This document shows positions 11,889 to 23,957 of a DNA stretch of 64,000 nucleotides, piece after piece (within the stretch, counting starts at the first letter, position 1; the number at the start of each line of letters is the position of its first letter). The position numbers were made by a program, and so were the translations under genes. Location: the NCBI GenBank assembly GCA_964019425.1, contig OZ025785.1:1302001-1366000 (forward strand), written 5' to 3'. The notes below the pieces were generated by a model. That model had not been told where the DNA came from, made no database searches, and saw nothing but the letters and a program-made list of their open reading frames with translations. Source of the stretch: Flectonema sp. DT1601 (Eukaryota).

Positions 11889-14800
11889 ATGAGAGGAAGG
11901 GACAAATCATCATTTGGAGGACACCTTCGCTTCCCATCTCGAGATGACGTTGATGCGATGGTTCCCGTGGATAATTATTTAGAAAAGGAAGAACCATACG
12001 AGGAGTTGGAGACACCAAGTGGTTACTTCACTTGGAATGTGATGGCAGCAGTAGTTGGAATCGGATCTCTCTTACTGGTCCTGTTTACTTATCATGAAGT
12101 GTATGGTGGTAATAGAGTTCAAGCTGGAACAGTCCGCCCCTCCCCCCCATCAACAACCGACACCAAACCTGTTACATCAAAATTCACTTTCCCTCCCCGT
12201 GAACGAATGCCAGTTATGATTCCTGCAGCACAGGCACAGCTCCCTCGACTTCTTGGAGGGGGGGAGCTGGTTGGAACTAATATGCAATTTGTAACTTTTG
12301 ACTTGCAGACCTTCCGCGGAAATCCCTTCGAATTACCTCTCGAAGGTGATAATTCACGTAATGAATTAATTAATGAATTGCAGTCTCATATTTACCCTGA
12401 TTCGGAGGAGAAAAAGATCTCCTCGATGTTCACAGATTCCACATACCAAGAGTTGAAAGAAACCCTAGCAAAGAGTGGCTCACTTGTTGGAAATCTCGAC
12501 AACTACTGGAAATCGATAAGGGAGATGTCTTTCGAGGAATTCGTCATCTCACCGCAAAACCTCGCCCACATTCAAAGATTGGACCGCCAGACGAGCCCCT
12601 TCATTGGAAAGTTTGGACCCCACATGCGACCAACTGCAACAACCTGCTTTGAGCAACTGGAGGTGGAAAACGTACCGAAATGGTTCCAAGAACAGTGGAT
12701 GAAATTTATCTTTCAGGTGGAAGCGACGAGCCCTGTTTCGGGTCGCCAGGGAACGATCTACGGACTGACGAGGGAATCGCAGTGCACTGGAGAGGCGCTG
12801 GTTGCTCTCGCTGTGTACGATACGATGATGATGTCGATCTTATCGGGGAGTGGGAAGGCTGGTCACTACCACGAAGTGAGACAGAAACAATGCGCCTTAC
12901 TGACTGAGGGATCGCAGAAGTCGTTCCTAAATCTACTGGAGGAGGGGAAGCAGAACTTCCGACAGGTGGATGTGATCATCCTCCGCAACATCAACGCGGA
13001 GCTCGCAGAGAAGATCCGAACATCAGAGTTTGGGAGGACGCAGTTCGAACTTAAGGTGCCGCGTTCGTTCAACAAGCTGAGTAACGACAACCCGGCAATC
13101 TTACTGCGGATCGGTAGGTTTCTGGGGGCACAGGAAGTGATCATCGACGCTTTCGAAGATGGCGTTGAGGACTACGGTCGTTCATTTGTTTGTTCAGCGA
13201 CCCGTCTGGACACTTCGCAGACTCTCGTGTTGTTGGCATCCCTGAGTAGCAGGAAAGCACTCGAAGTTGTTCATGATGAAGTTATATTAAAAGAAAGCAG
13301 TAATCGGATGCTACTCGCAGGCATGGCAGCCACCACAGTTCCGACGAACGACGAAGTACTAGACAGGGGGCTAAGAGAAATGTCGCCTCTGCAATCGAAG
13401 AAGAACTCACTTCGGATTTATGACCTTTTTGCGACTACATCGGCTGGTCAGCGAGGCAAGCTCAGTGTCACTGAAAACAAAGAAAAATCTTCAAAGCAGC
13501 ACCACCTATTGGTGTACCAAGATGCCGAGTATAGTGTAAATAGCGACGCTGGCTTAGAAAAATTAGTTAATATTGAGGTGGGTACAGTAAAGTATCCTTT
13601 TATTTATAAACCTGTTGCTGTTTCTTTAGTAAAGAAAGACGTCACCGTGAAACAACGAGCAGCTATGTTGGGTTCAATGCTTCTTTCGATTGTGAAGAGT
13701 AAAGAGACACCGGGACCTACAGCTTTAGTTGAAAAAGTAAAGGAAGAGAAATCAACAGACGTAGTGTCTGTTGTTGAGAATGTTAATAAGACGGTCGGCG
13801 AGCAACAAGCGAGTGTACCACCTCCGGTGATCGCAGAAGTAGTTGTTCCAACTGTTAGTGAGAATGGTTCAATAAAATTACCGCCTACTGATGTCGGTAA
13901 CTTTGTTGGTCTTCCTGAAGGAGACTTATTCCCTTCACACTCGCAGGGTTCTGGCGACATAACTGTGACCGCAGTTTGCGACAATGGCTTAGGTGACAGA
14001 CTGGGAAGTCTTTATTCTGCTATCACACTAGCACATTCATTGAAGGCTCACTTTCACATGATTTGGAATGTTAATAATGAATGCCTTGCAAGATTCTCAG
14101 TTTTATTCTCATTTGACGGGACCAGTAGCGCTATTCATAATAAAAGTCACACTGATAATCTTGAAATGAGAATGAAAGGACAAGAACCTGCCTTTGACGC
14201 CATTATCACACTCAAACACCACTTCTCTACTGGACATCTAGTTGGGAATGCACCAGGTTCTCCAACACCACCATCTGATGGCTCTCAATGGTTGTGTGGC
14301 GAGGCTAGAAAAGTACCACTCAGTCTTGATGGAGACTTAGTTAAGTGGGCTTTGGCTAGAAAAGCGTATGTATTATATTTCGTACTAATCGTTCTTGTGT
14401 CAGTAGCTAATTGAAGGACCACATAATAGGAAAAAAAAAAAACAGACAAAACAAAAGGGTTCATATTCTACACCACATCGATAGAGTAGCCCAGGGAGTC
14501 GATCTGAAACGGGTATGGTTGTTTTGTTTTGTTAATAATTAGAATTATGGATGTTCTGAAGGTGGAGGTTAATGTTACAAAAAAACAGGTTGCGGCTGCA
14601 TTGAAATTTTATAATTTCAGAATCTCGCAGGCTATTGGAGATCGAGTGTCGATGTTCGCAGAGCGTCACAAGATCTCACCTGTAAACACTGTTGGTATTC
14701 ATCTTCGAGGGACTGATGCTCGTATTCCACTCCGTATCAACGATGTTATTACTGATGTTCGCCTTCGTTTTCCAACAAGAACCTTCTTCGTCGCATCTGA

Positions 14801-15146
14801 CGATCCCAAAGCAGAACAGCAGTTTCTCGAAGCCTTCTCAGGCCGTGCTGTTTCAAACACGATGAAGACTCACTTTCCAGGAAAGCTGAATAATGATCAA
14901 CCGTTTCGAATCGCTGGTAAGTTAGGAGCCGGTAGATTTAATGTTAACAGAACTGAAGCATCAGTTGTTGATGCACTAACTGACATGGCGTTACTGAGTA
15001 GGACTGAGAGACCGATAATTGATGGAGTCTTAAGAGATTCATCATTCGGTAAAATGTCAACAACGTTATGTGTTGTTAGATTGTCTTGTGATGAAGTGCT
15101 TGGTCTGCTTGCTGAAGGGATACCAGCTCCTGCCAGGCCGCATTAA
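11889..15146 (+). CDS. Type II membrane fucosyltransferase-superfamily protein, paralog 2; join(11889..14365,14446..14512,14589..15146)
   Basis: Same architecture, motifs (GLGDRLGS, VGIHLRGTD, FFVASDD, SSFG) and intron positions as 4479-7606. Confidence 0.8.
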
Positions 15147-16360
15147 TAGCGCTGCCTGTTCTTCTGGTGAGTTTCTTTCCTTTTTCATTTTTTATTTTTT
15201 GTATCTCAAGGATAGGATTACACAACAGAGAACAGGCCACAGACACTGACATATTCCTATGTCTTAGGCTGTTGACTGTTTTCTCTCTGATGCTTTTTCC
15301 GACTGTGCTACTCTAAAAATCTTTACCAATTCGTCTTCCGTTAGAATATATTTTTTCATCAGGTTGTTTTGTAACATCTGTCGATCGGAGACTTAAATCT
15401 TTTTCTTTCCTTTTCTCGCAATTCTTTTTAATTAACCTTCATCCCCTGATATGGTATTTATTGTTGTGCGATGATGATTCTTTTTTTTTTTTTCTTCTTT
15501 TTTTTTTCCAAATGTCCGAAAGTATAATGGCGTCACTATAATTATGCATACCAGCTGTGAATATCAATAAAAATATAATTGCAACATAAAAAAAAAAAAT
15601 AAAAAAAGACATACTTTTCCATCACATTTTCAAGTAGCTAGGAAAACGTAATAGTCCGGTTCGAGGCCTTCGTCACCTTTGTTTTTCCGGTCTGAAAGAA
15701 TGTGATAAATTTTACTTTTTATAACTGACGTAGTCGGAGAAGAAAAACTATTCAGAATTAAAAGCGATATTTCTTATGGTCATGACTTGCTGTCCTGGTG
15801 CGACAGGATTCTGTCTGAGGTTTAACGAAATATGAAGGCTAATCTGAATTGGGGTTTTTTTTTCTTTCTTTTTTTTGCACCGACGAAGTTCAGAGAAGAA
15901 ACTATTTAGATTAAGAGCCGTTTACTTATTATCCATTTTCCCTGTGCGTTCAGTAGTGCTGTCTGCGATCAACAAAATACCAGGCTTTATCTGAATAGTT
16001 TTTTTTTTTTTTTTGAAATTTTCTTGTTTTGTCTGACGTCTATTCATCAAATGATTAGTACGACACAATGACAGAAGGTTCATTCTGTGACATACAATTT
16101 TTTATAAAAAAAATCATCTTTTTTTAAGCTCAACATTTGTAGGTCCTCCTTCGATTGTGATTAGCGATTTAACTTCCCTTCAATCACTTCCGAGAGGATT
16201 TCTATTCTGAGGATGGCCATGGACGATTTGGTAGTTATTATATCTAACACGCCAGGTACGGCCTTATGTGAGAGAGAAGAGTCATTTCTTTTACTGTGAA
16301 CAAGTGTGTTCCTATTATAATATATATCTTCACACGCTCTAGACAAACACAAGCACAACA

Positions 16361-16765
16361 ATGGGTAAGTTTCTTAAGACCGGAAAGGTATGCCTGATGC
16401 TTCAGGGAAGATTCGCTGGTAGAAAGGTTGTCATCGTTCAGAACACTGACACCAAGACCAAGACCAGAGCCTACGGACACGCTCTTGTTGCCGGAGTTGA
16501 CAAGTACCCACTTAAGATTAACAAGTCGATGAACAAGAAGAGAATGGCTTTCAGATCAAGAGTAAGACCTTTTATCAAGGTCGTTAACCACAACCACTTG
16601 ATGCCAACCAGATACAACCTTGACCTTCCTGCTGAGACCAAGAAGACCATTGATGCTTCAGAGGCTGCCAAGAAGGAGGCATCAAAGAAGGCCGTCAGAG
16701 TACTCTTCCAGGAGAGATACAAGGCAGGTAAGAACAAGTGGTTCTTCCAGAAGCTCAGATTCTAG
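16361..16765 (+). CDS. RPL27: 60S ribosomal protein L27 (eL27)
   Basis: MGKFLKTGKV...GRFAGRKVVIV...HLMPTRY...GKNKWFFQKLRF is typical of eL27; strong codon bias. Confidence 0.97.
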   Translation: MGKFLKTGKVCLMLQGRFAGRKVVIVQNTDTKTKTRAYGHALVAGVDKYPLKINKSMNKKRMAFRSRVRPFIKVVNHNHLMPTRYNLDLPAETKKTIDASEAAKKEASKKAVRVLFQERYKAGKNKWFFQKLRF

Positions 16766-16979
16766 AATTCTGAACACTTTCATCTGTGTGGCAGTGAGTA
16801 GCTGCACACAGTTATAAGACTTTTCAAAAAAAAAAAAAGGAAGAGAAAAAGCCACGCGGCCTTCTTATTGCAAGAAGACATCAGCGTGGTTTATGTTGTG
16901 ACTTGTCAAAGTGTAGTCAGTTTTATCTTTTATACTGCGACTGATGTATTTAATCTTTTCAGGTATCACAATATTAGTA

Positions 16980-17016
16980 GTGATGTGATGTGATGTGATG
17001 TGATGTGATGTGATGA
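16980..17016. repeat. (GTGAT)n pentanucleotide microsatellite, about 7 copies
   Basis: gtgatgtgatgtgatgtgatgtgatgtgatgtgatg read directly. Confidence 0.9.
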
Positions 17017-17086
17017 TCACATGGTAAGTAAGGTCACTGTTAAGTATATTGTCATTCAGGTTGAATAAAAAACAAATAAAACAAAC

Positions 17087-17770
17087 ATGGCATTGGTAAC
17101 CCATACTTCACCACCACGTGTACCATCATGGCAATTGAGTGCATGGCCTGAGCGAGACCCGGATTGCAGAGAGTGTTGTGCTGTAACTGCTTCGAATGAC
17201 CCTCATGAGTCTGCAGTACTTAATAACCTCCATGGAACACCTTGTCCGATGCAGAAAGAACAAGTTCAACTACAGAAAGATAATCAGAGAATGATGAGAC
17301 TACTCTCAGAGAGACAAGGTGCGAAACCTACTTATGAATCCCCACAAGTGATATATGATGAAAGAAGAAAAGCATTTTCTCTATTCCAATGCGTCTACAA
17401 AGGAGAACAAGTTATATACGCCTTCGACTTACAACAGGCTTTGGAAACTGCAATTGTTGGAGAGGAGTTAGACGAATCACAAATACACTTATTACTAAGA
17501 CAGTTTGGGTTAGCACCAGGTTCTTATGTTAACTTTGATTCATTTAATGCGATGTGTGATTTAGTTATGACAAATCAAGTTCCTAATCATCAACTGTCTC
17601 CTCCAAGAGAGAGAGACGTTCCAATGCCAGGATCTCCAGAGTACGCTTCTGATAAAAAGCAACCAATTCCACCAAAAACTAATGTTTTTAAGAATTCTGT
17701 ACCATACTACAAGCAAATGGATCAGAAAATGCAAGTCCCCCAGAAGGTGAGAGTTAGACACGGATTTTAG
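17087..17770 (+). CDS. Hypothetical protein with a degenerate EF-hand pair
   Basis: 227-aa ORF. RRKAFSLFQ...IYAFDLQQALE...LDESQIHLLLRQFG...VNFDSF resembles a calmodulin-like lobe lacking Ca-binding residues. Confidence 0.6.
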   Translation: MALVTHTSPPRVPSWQLSAWPERDPDCRECCAVTASNDPHESAVLNNLHGTPCPMQKEQVQLQKDNQRMMRLLSERQGAKPTYESPQVIYDERRKAFSLFQCVYKGEQVIYAFDLQQALETAIVGEELDESQIHLLLRQFGLAPGSYVNFDSFNAMCDLVMTNQVPNHQLSPPRERDVPMPGSPEYASDKKQPIPPKTNVFKNSVPYYKQMDQKMQVPQKVRVRHGF

Positions 17771-18136
17771 TTTGCTTTCACTTTGTAAATCCATATTTCG
17801 ATTTCTTATTCTTTTTTCTTTTGAATCTCTTAGTTGTTCTCTCCCCACCCCATTTTTTTTTAAAATTTGCAATAAAACTGCAATTCAACCACCACAATGA
17901 ATATAAATATACAGCCGAGGTATTTGGTATCCATTAGTGTCTACTGCTTGTTTTGTTATAAGGCAATAGCTTTCTATAAGTCATCTCGTTTTCTGTTTGT
18001 AACCAACCCCCCTCCAGCATGATTCATTCCCCAGTCCCTGTCTTTTTCTTGATGGGAGGAGTGTACGCATATACGTCGAATACTTTATTATTTTCTTTAT
18101 ATTAAAAAAAAAAAAATCTTCTCTTTTCACAGGTGA

Positions 18137-20799
18137 ATGAAGGTCTCCAAAAAGCCAACGATGTTACAACTACTCTCATTTGCTTCTGTTTTGAGTTATA
18201 ATGTTTCCCTTTCAGGACAGACAGCATGCTTATATTATATGTCGTTGTTGCTGTTTTGTTATTCACACCAAAAACGAAGATAAAATGCACTTCGGGACCT
18301 GCATTTGGAAATGTCACTTCATACCCGTCAGCACATTACGTAGGAGGAAGAGTGTTGTTGGTGTGCGGTACTGAAATATTTTCTTACAATGCTGTGACTA
18401 CTATCGAGGAGTGTTCTCTTCGTCCGATGAATGCGCCGTTGCAATTTAACAAAGTGACAGTTGCCGGGTTAGATACGGAAGTCACAATATTGTGTTGGGG
18501 AAATGGTGCACTCTACTGGCACGATGTTTCAATTGATAATACTTCTCAACAGGGTTGTCAGTTATACACATCAGGACACGCTGTAATACCAACAGGGGTG
18601 GTACCCGTTCCTGGAAGCAAGACTTTCTTCGCCTATGAACCCGGAAACCCACCCACAATAACTAGGAATAAGTTCATTTCCTCCACCAATGCCATAATAA
18701 CTACCTGGACTCATTCATCTGATTTTCTAGCAGGTATTGAAGACGCAGTTGACGGCATAGTCATCGACGGTGAAAATGTCTTCATCTGGACTCGAACTGG
18801 ATCTTCTCAATGTACGATTTTTTACGCTTTAGGTACTACATCAGCGAATCCAAAGATCATGAAAAAGAACTTTGACACAGCGTGCTACGACATAATGGAC
18901 AACAGTCCACTCCTTGAACAAAAGAAGGTCGCAGGGGTTTTATTCAGAATTGCCGTATTGTCGGAACTGTCTGTATTGTTATGTACTATTAAAGATAGCG
19001 GTGATATGTCATGCGTGGGGTTTCTATACACATGGGACATTCAAGCGGCTATTAACAATATGGCTCTTCATAACTTGCCTACTGAAGAGACTGCAAAGAT
19101 CGCTTCTATAGAGTCGGGTAAGATCTACATGCAGGTTTTGAATGAAATCTTTCTGCTGGAATTCCACAGATCATCATTGAAATCGATTAGTGAATATAAT
19201 GTGGGTGGTTATACTTTTGTGGGATATATGAACCCTGCTTCTGGATTTGATGCTCCAGGTGTTATCTATGGTGTTGCGAGTCATCAGAATGTTGTAACGT
19301 TGTGGTCCTCAGATGGAAACTTTACGGATGCTTCGACAGCAGCTCCACTTGCAGTGGTTCCGACAGATATTCCAACGTCGATTCCTGAGACATTTCAACC
19401 AACGACGGGCATTCCAACTACACGAATTCCAACGCTTTCTCCAACAATGCAGCCGCCTGCTGATGAAACACAGCAGCCGTCTGCAGAACCAACACTGCGG
19501 CCAACCGCCTCCAGAAACCAGACGGCAGATATTTTTGTTGTTGTGATAGCGACGTCAGTTGGATTACTATTCTTATTATCCGTCTGTGTTTGTGGATGTT
19601 TTATTTATCGTAGATTGCGATCAAAACAATTCATCTCAATAGAAAACGAAGTACCTCTCCTACCAATTCTCAGCGAACCAGATGATGAGGCAATCCGAAG
19701 AGATATTCCATGGGATGAGTTTTCTAATATTGAAGATGTAGCGAGAGGTAACTTTGGTAATGTTTTTAAAGCCTACTACAAAGCTTCTCACGAAGTAGTC
19801 GCTTTAAAGAAGAATCGCTGCGGTAACTTAGACGAGTTCAGAAAGGAAATGTTATCACTTTGCTCCTTTAGACAAAAAGACATTATTCAATTCTACGGTT
19901 GGACTGAGAACAAGTCTGGATTTGTATTTATGGTGACTGAGTATTGTGATAATGGTAGTCTACGTCACGCGTGTAGGAGGGATGGGGGATCGAAATACTT
20001 CACAAAATTGAGTGGAATAGCCAGTGCGATCTCATACATACACAACAGGGGGATGTGTCATCTTGATATCGCCGCGAGGAATATTGTTATTGACGCTAAT
20101 AATCATTTGAAATTAGCTGACATGGGTCTGATGAGAGAAGTTGGAGAGTCATTACCGAAATGTCTTCCGGTTGCGTGGTGTCCACCAGAGGCTTTGCATC
20201 ATAGAGCTGTTCTTGCAAAGGCTGAACATGATATTTGGTCGTTTGGATGTGTAGCTTACGAGGTGTTGACTGGATTATCGCCATTTTATGATGTTAGTGG
20301 GACTGGTTCTGAGAGACTGCGAGAGATAACTCGACGTGTTGTTTCAGGTCAGATTCCGTTAATGAAGTATTCCAGTAGTGATGATGATTTATTATCAACT
20401 GCTCAAGAACTGTTAATGATCCCATGTTGGAAATATCGATCTGAAGAACGAATGACCATATCTGACATAGCAAATCTATTCAGAAGACTAGCTCCTCACT
20501 TTGACTCATCTGGTGTAAAGATTACGACATCACTTCGAGAAGCATTCAGTCTATCCCCAAACATAACACTAAATTCAAGTTCAATGCGCGGCTCTGAAGA
20601 AGAGCTGCGTCTCGTAGAAACACTTTATCGTTCCTATGATACGCCTCCAGGTAGAGATTTTGATTTAGAACTGAACCAATCAAGTGTGTATACGTCGCTT
20701 TTCAATGACTACGCGCTGTACAACACTGAAGGATCGATCGTAGCCGTGGATCACATGTATTCTATATACAGTGATGGAGTTATATTGCATGCGGAATGA
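18137..20799 (+). CDS. Single-pass receptor protein kinase (TKL/tyrosine-kinase-like); start either 18226 or, via a GC-AG intron at 18224..18279, 18137/18161
   Basis: Cys-containing ectodomain, Thr/Pro stalk, TM helix (IFVVVIATSVGLLFLLSVCVCGCFIY), then a kinase domain with ARGNFG, VALK, HLDIAARN, DMG, LPVAWCPPE and DIWSFG. Confidence 0.85.
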
Positions 20800-21661
20800 C
20801 ATCATTGTCCGTCCTTTTCTTTTTTTGTGAGCAAATATCAAATATAGATATTTGTTCCCCTTATTCCATTTTTCTTCCTTGCCTTTTTCTTTTTCTCGTG
20901 GCAATCTCTTGTTCTTGTGAGCTTTTTTTTTGCTCAGTTTTTGTTTTTTTTTACGTTCAGTCGGCATTGAGGATATCTTTTTAGCTGACAATAACGTACT
21001 TCTTGAAATGTAAGGCTTGAGTTATGAGTTCTCTGTTTCAATGTACATCTAGTCTTGGAACTTAAGAGCTTTCATTCTATATTTCTTCATCTGCTCCTTT
21101 TGTTTCTTTCGTTGTAAACAAATTTAGTTTTTTGGAAAAATAATATCAATTTTTTGTTTCGTTAATCGGGCTGATCGTGATGGAATTTACCATCAGCCTA
21201 ATTGAAATTATTTATTGGATGACACAACAGAGTCACATGTGTATTAGTGAAAACCTAACAGTGCATTGAATTGGTACTGTAATTGTGTGGAGTGTGTCTT
21301 CTCTTTTTAGGTTGTGATAGTCAACAGTTCAGTCGTCACATTTTTATTATTCATTTTATATCACGTAACCCTTGTGTTACCCACGGTCTTACCTATCATG
21401 CAACTAATTTGTTGCAGTCGCGATTCCTTCGGACATGTGAACATTTATCACGTAAGAACCGCGGAGCTTTATTCATTGTTCGTTTTCGTTTTGTTACTTT
21501 TTTTTTTTTGCCATTATTGAATGTTGTAAAAAAGCTGAGATCTTCAAATCTTGGAAGTGGTGTTACTCCACACACCTTTTGTGGCACAGCTGATCTGTTA
21601 AGTGAAATATTTCTTATTATTTATTCTCTCAGGATAACTTAATAATAACACAGCCACTCCC

Positions 21662-23182
21662 ATGGCTTCAAATGCATTCTTGACTGGTAGTCTTAAGAGC
21701 ATGCGACTAATCTTAGAACGCGGAATAGAAGGTGATCGCTTAGATGCAGAAATTGGTGTTGAGAGAAGAAAGGCGACAATCCTCACGTTGGTTGTTCCAA
21801 AGAAGAAGGTCTGCAAGACCCCGACTTTTAATTCCATAAATGCCTTGGAGAATCTTATTCAAACAGCAGACTTGAATAACGAAACTATTCAGAAATGTCA
21901 CGATGAAGGAATGAACTGCTACAGAAGAGTAACAGACAGCAATAGACAATTTATTGAAGAATTCGCAGAGTTCGAATCAAGAGGTCAAGATTTATCATTT
22001 CATAAAGGTTGTGGAAAGAAATTTATTTTAAACAAGACTACGTTAGATTCCAACACAAATCAATTTTCTGGAGTATGCATGGAAACTGGAAATGATATCA
22101 CGTGCACCTCTGTATCAGTAGCAGTTTACGACTTGTTTGAAAAACTTAAAACAAAATCATATCAGCTACTTCACATCACATCAATCAAAGATCAAAAAGG
22201 AGACTACTGGACTATTTCTGATGGACAAGAAGAATTTAGCAAAGGAACCCTCCACAAGGCCATTAAATCAGGAACAGGTCTAAACACCTCATTTGAAGTT
22301 AAAATGTCTGCCAGTTTTGGTTACGGTTCTGAAGAACAATGCCAACGCTATTCTCTAAAAGAAGAATGCAGAATCCTGGAAAGACTTCATTCAGTCGAAC
22401 AGTGCAATCGGATTATTACTATAAAAGAGATAATTAACATCGATGCAACTGAAGGCAGAGACGCCAATACTATATTAATATTTCCGAGTTATAAACTTTC
22501 TGTGAGGAGCTACTGTGACAGCTTAGAAAGAAAGAAACTGCCCTATCGTCAGGCGTTGGTTTATTTTAGAGATATATGCGAAGGGGTTTATCATCTATCA
22601 AAGAACGGAATTCTACACAGAAATATAACAACTGACACAGTGATGTTGAAAGATGACAAACGAGGAGTAGTCCTTTCTGGATGTGGACTTCTGCGGTCAG
22701 CTGACGTATCTGACGATCCTTTAACAGACGATTTCTCATGGCCAGATGATGTGTTTGCCGCAGGTTCGATATTATATTTTATGATAGTAGGTAAACCGTG
22801 TTCAGATGAGTGTGCTTATACTGTTCAGCCATTTGACGATCTCCTGTCAGATACAATAATAGAATCAACTCATAGAAAGTTATTTGTTACTCTCCTCGAG
22901 ATGTCACTCGTACCTCGTAGCAAGAGATCAACAGCATTAGATATCCTTAGAAATGACGAACTTCAAAAAATAACTTTTGACAAACCAGCTGAAAAACAAG
23001 ACTTTAGCAGTAGTCAATCTGAGATTATTAGTGAAACAAGTTCATCAAATGGAGGACTCTCTGGGTATCTAGCGAGTAGTGCGAGATCTTTGGTAAGAAA
23101 ATTTACTTCTTCTAATCCAATCATCATCACCAAAGAAACGGTTGATAACATGCAATATCTCGATGGGGATGGTTTTCAGTAG
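21662..23182 (+). CDS. Protein kinase-like protein, probably a pseudokinase
   Basis: 506-aa ORF with kinase subdomains EVKM, EECRILERL, ICEGVYHL...ILHRNIT and DVFAAGSILYFM. HRD is HRN and DFG is replaced by GCG. Confidence 0.75.
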   Translation: MASNAFLTGSLKSMRLILERGIEGDRLDAEIGVERRKATILTLVVPKKKVCKTPTFNSINALENLIQTADLNNETIQKCHDEGMNCYRRVTDSNRQFIEEFAEFESRGQDLSFHKGCGKKFILNKTTLDSNTNQFSGVCMETGNDITCTSVSVAVYDLFEKLKTKSYQLLHITSIKDQKGDYWTISDGQEEFSKGTLHKAIKSGTGLNTSFEVKMSASFGYGSEEQCQRYSLKEECRILERLHSVEQCNRIITIKEIINIDATEGRDANTILIFPSYKLSVRSYCDSLERKKLPYRQALVYFRDICEGVYHLSKNGILHRNITTDTVMLKDDKRGVVLSGCGLLRSADVSDDPLTDDFSWPDDVFAAGSILYFMIVGKPCSDECAYTVQPFDDLLSDTIIESTHRKLFVTLLEMSLVPRSKRSTALDILRNDELQKITFDKPAEKQDFSSSQSEIISETSSSNGGLSGYLASSARSLVRKFTSSNPIIITKETVDNMQYLDGDGFQ

Positions 23183-23925
23183 AAAGTCGTTTGCGGGAAG
23201 TTCGAGAGGTTTTCAAATTTTTCAACCAATAAGTCCCCTCCAGACCATATTTTAGACCTGAAACATATCGGCCATCAAGCTTCATCACTATTGGCGCTGC
23301 CTCCTTTGCTTCAAGGATTTCCTCCAATGCCTTGACTGGTCAAATGTTTTGTTGGTTGTTAATCAACCTCCGACTTCTCTTTGAAAGACTTAAGATAAAT
23401 ATTTACCCAACAACAAGTACATGCGGCATCATTGAGTTTACTCTGTTGCGTACTTTGGGAGTCTAAAAAACGGACTCTCAAAGCAAAACTACTAACACCT
23501 TGCCTTTTTTATCCTTATTTCTTTTTTGGCCTCGCGTGTTACTTGCGTTGAAGCTCCTCGTTCTTGCTTTTTTTTTTGTTTTGTTTTTGTTGTTTCATCC
23601 AATCCTCAAATTATCGATAAATGTTTTGGTTTTACATCTTTCAGTACGACGTGTTCCGACTACGATAATAAATATAAATATTCTTTACTGCAGTTGCCTG
23701 TTTTATTAATCTTTTGGTTAATGTGGTTTAGAAAAGTGTATTTTAAAGAAGGCATACGCGATCAAGTAAGGGGAAAACCAAAACTCAATTTTTTTTTATT
23801 TTTTTTTATTTTTTTTTTTTGATTATTTTTTTTTTTAACTATTGAGAGTTAAGTGTGGGTTTTTGTGGCTGTTATCTTTTTTTCTCAAAATTCCAAAACA
23901 CAACAGTCGTCAGATGGTCAACTAG

Positions 23926-23953
<28 letters not shown>

Positions 23954-23957
<4 letters not shown>

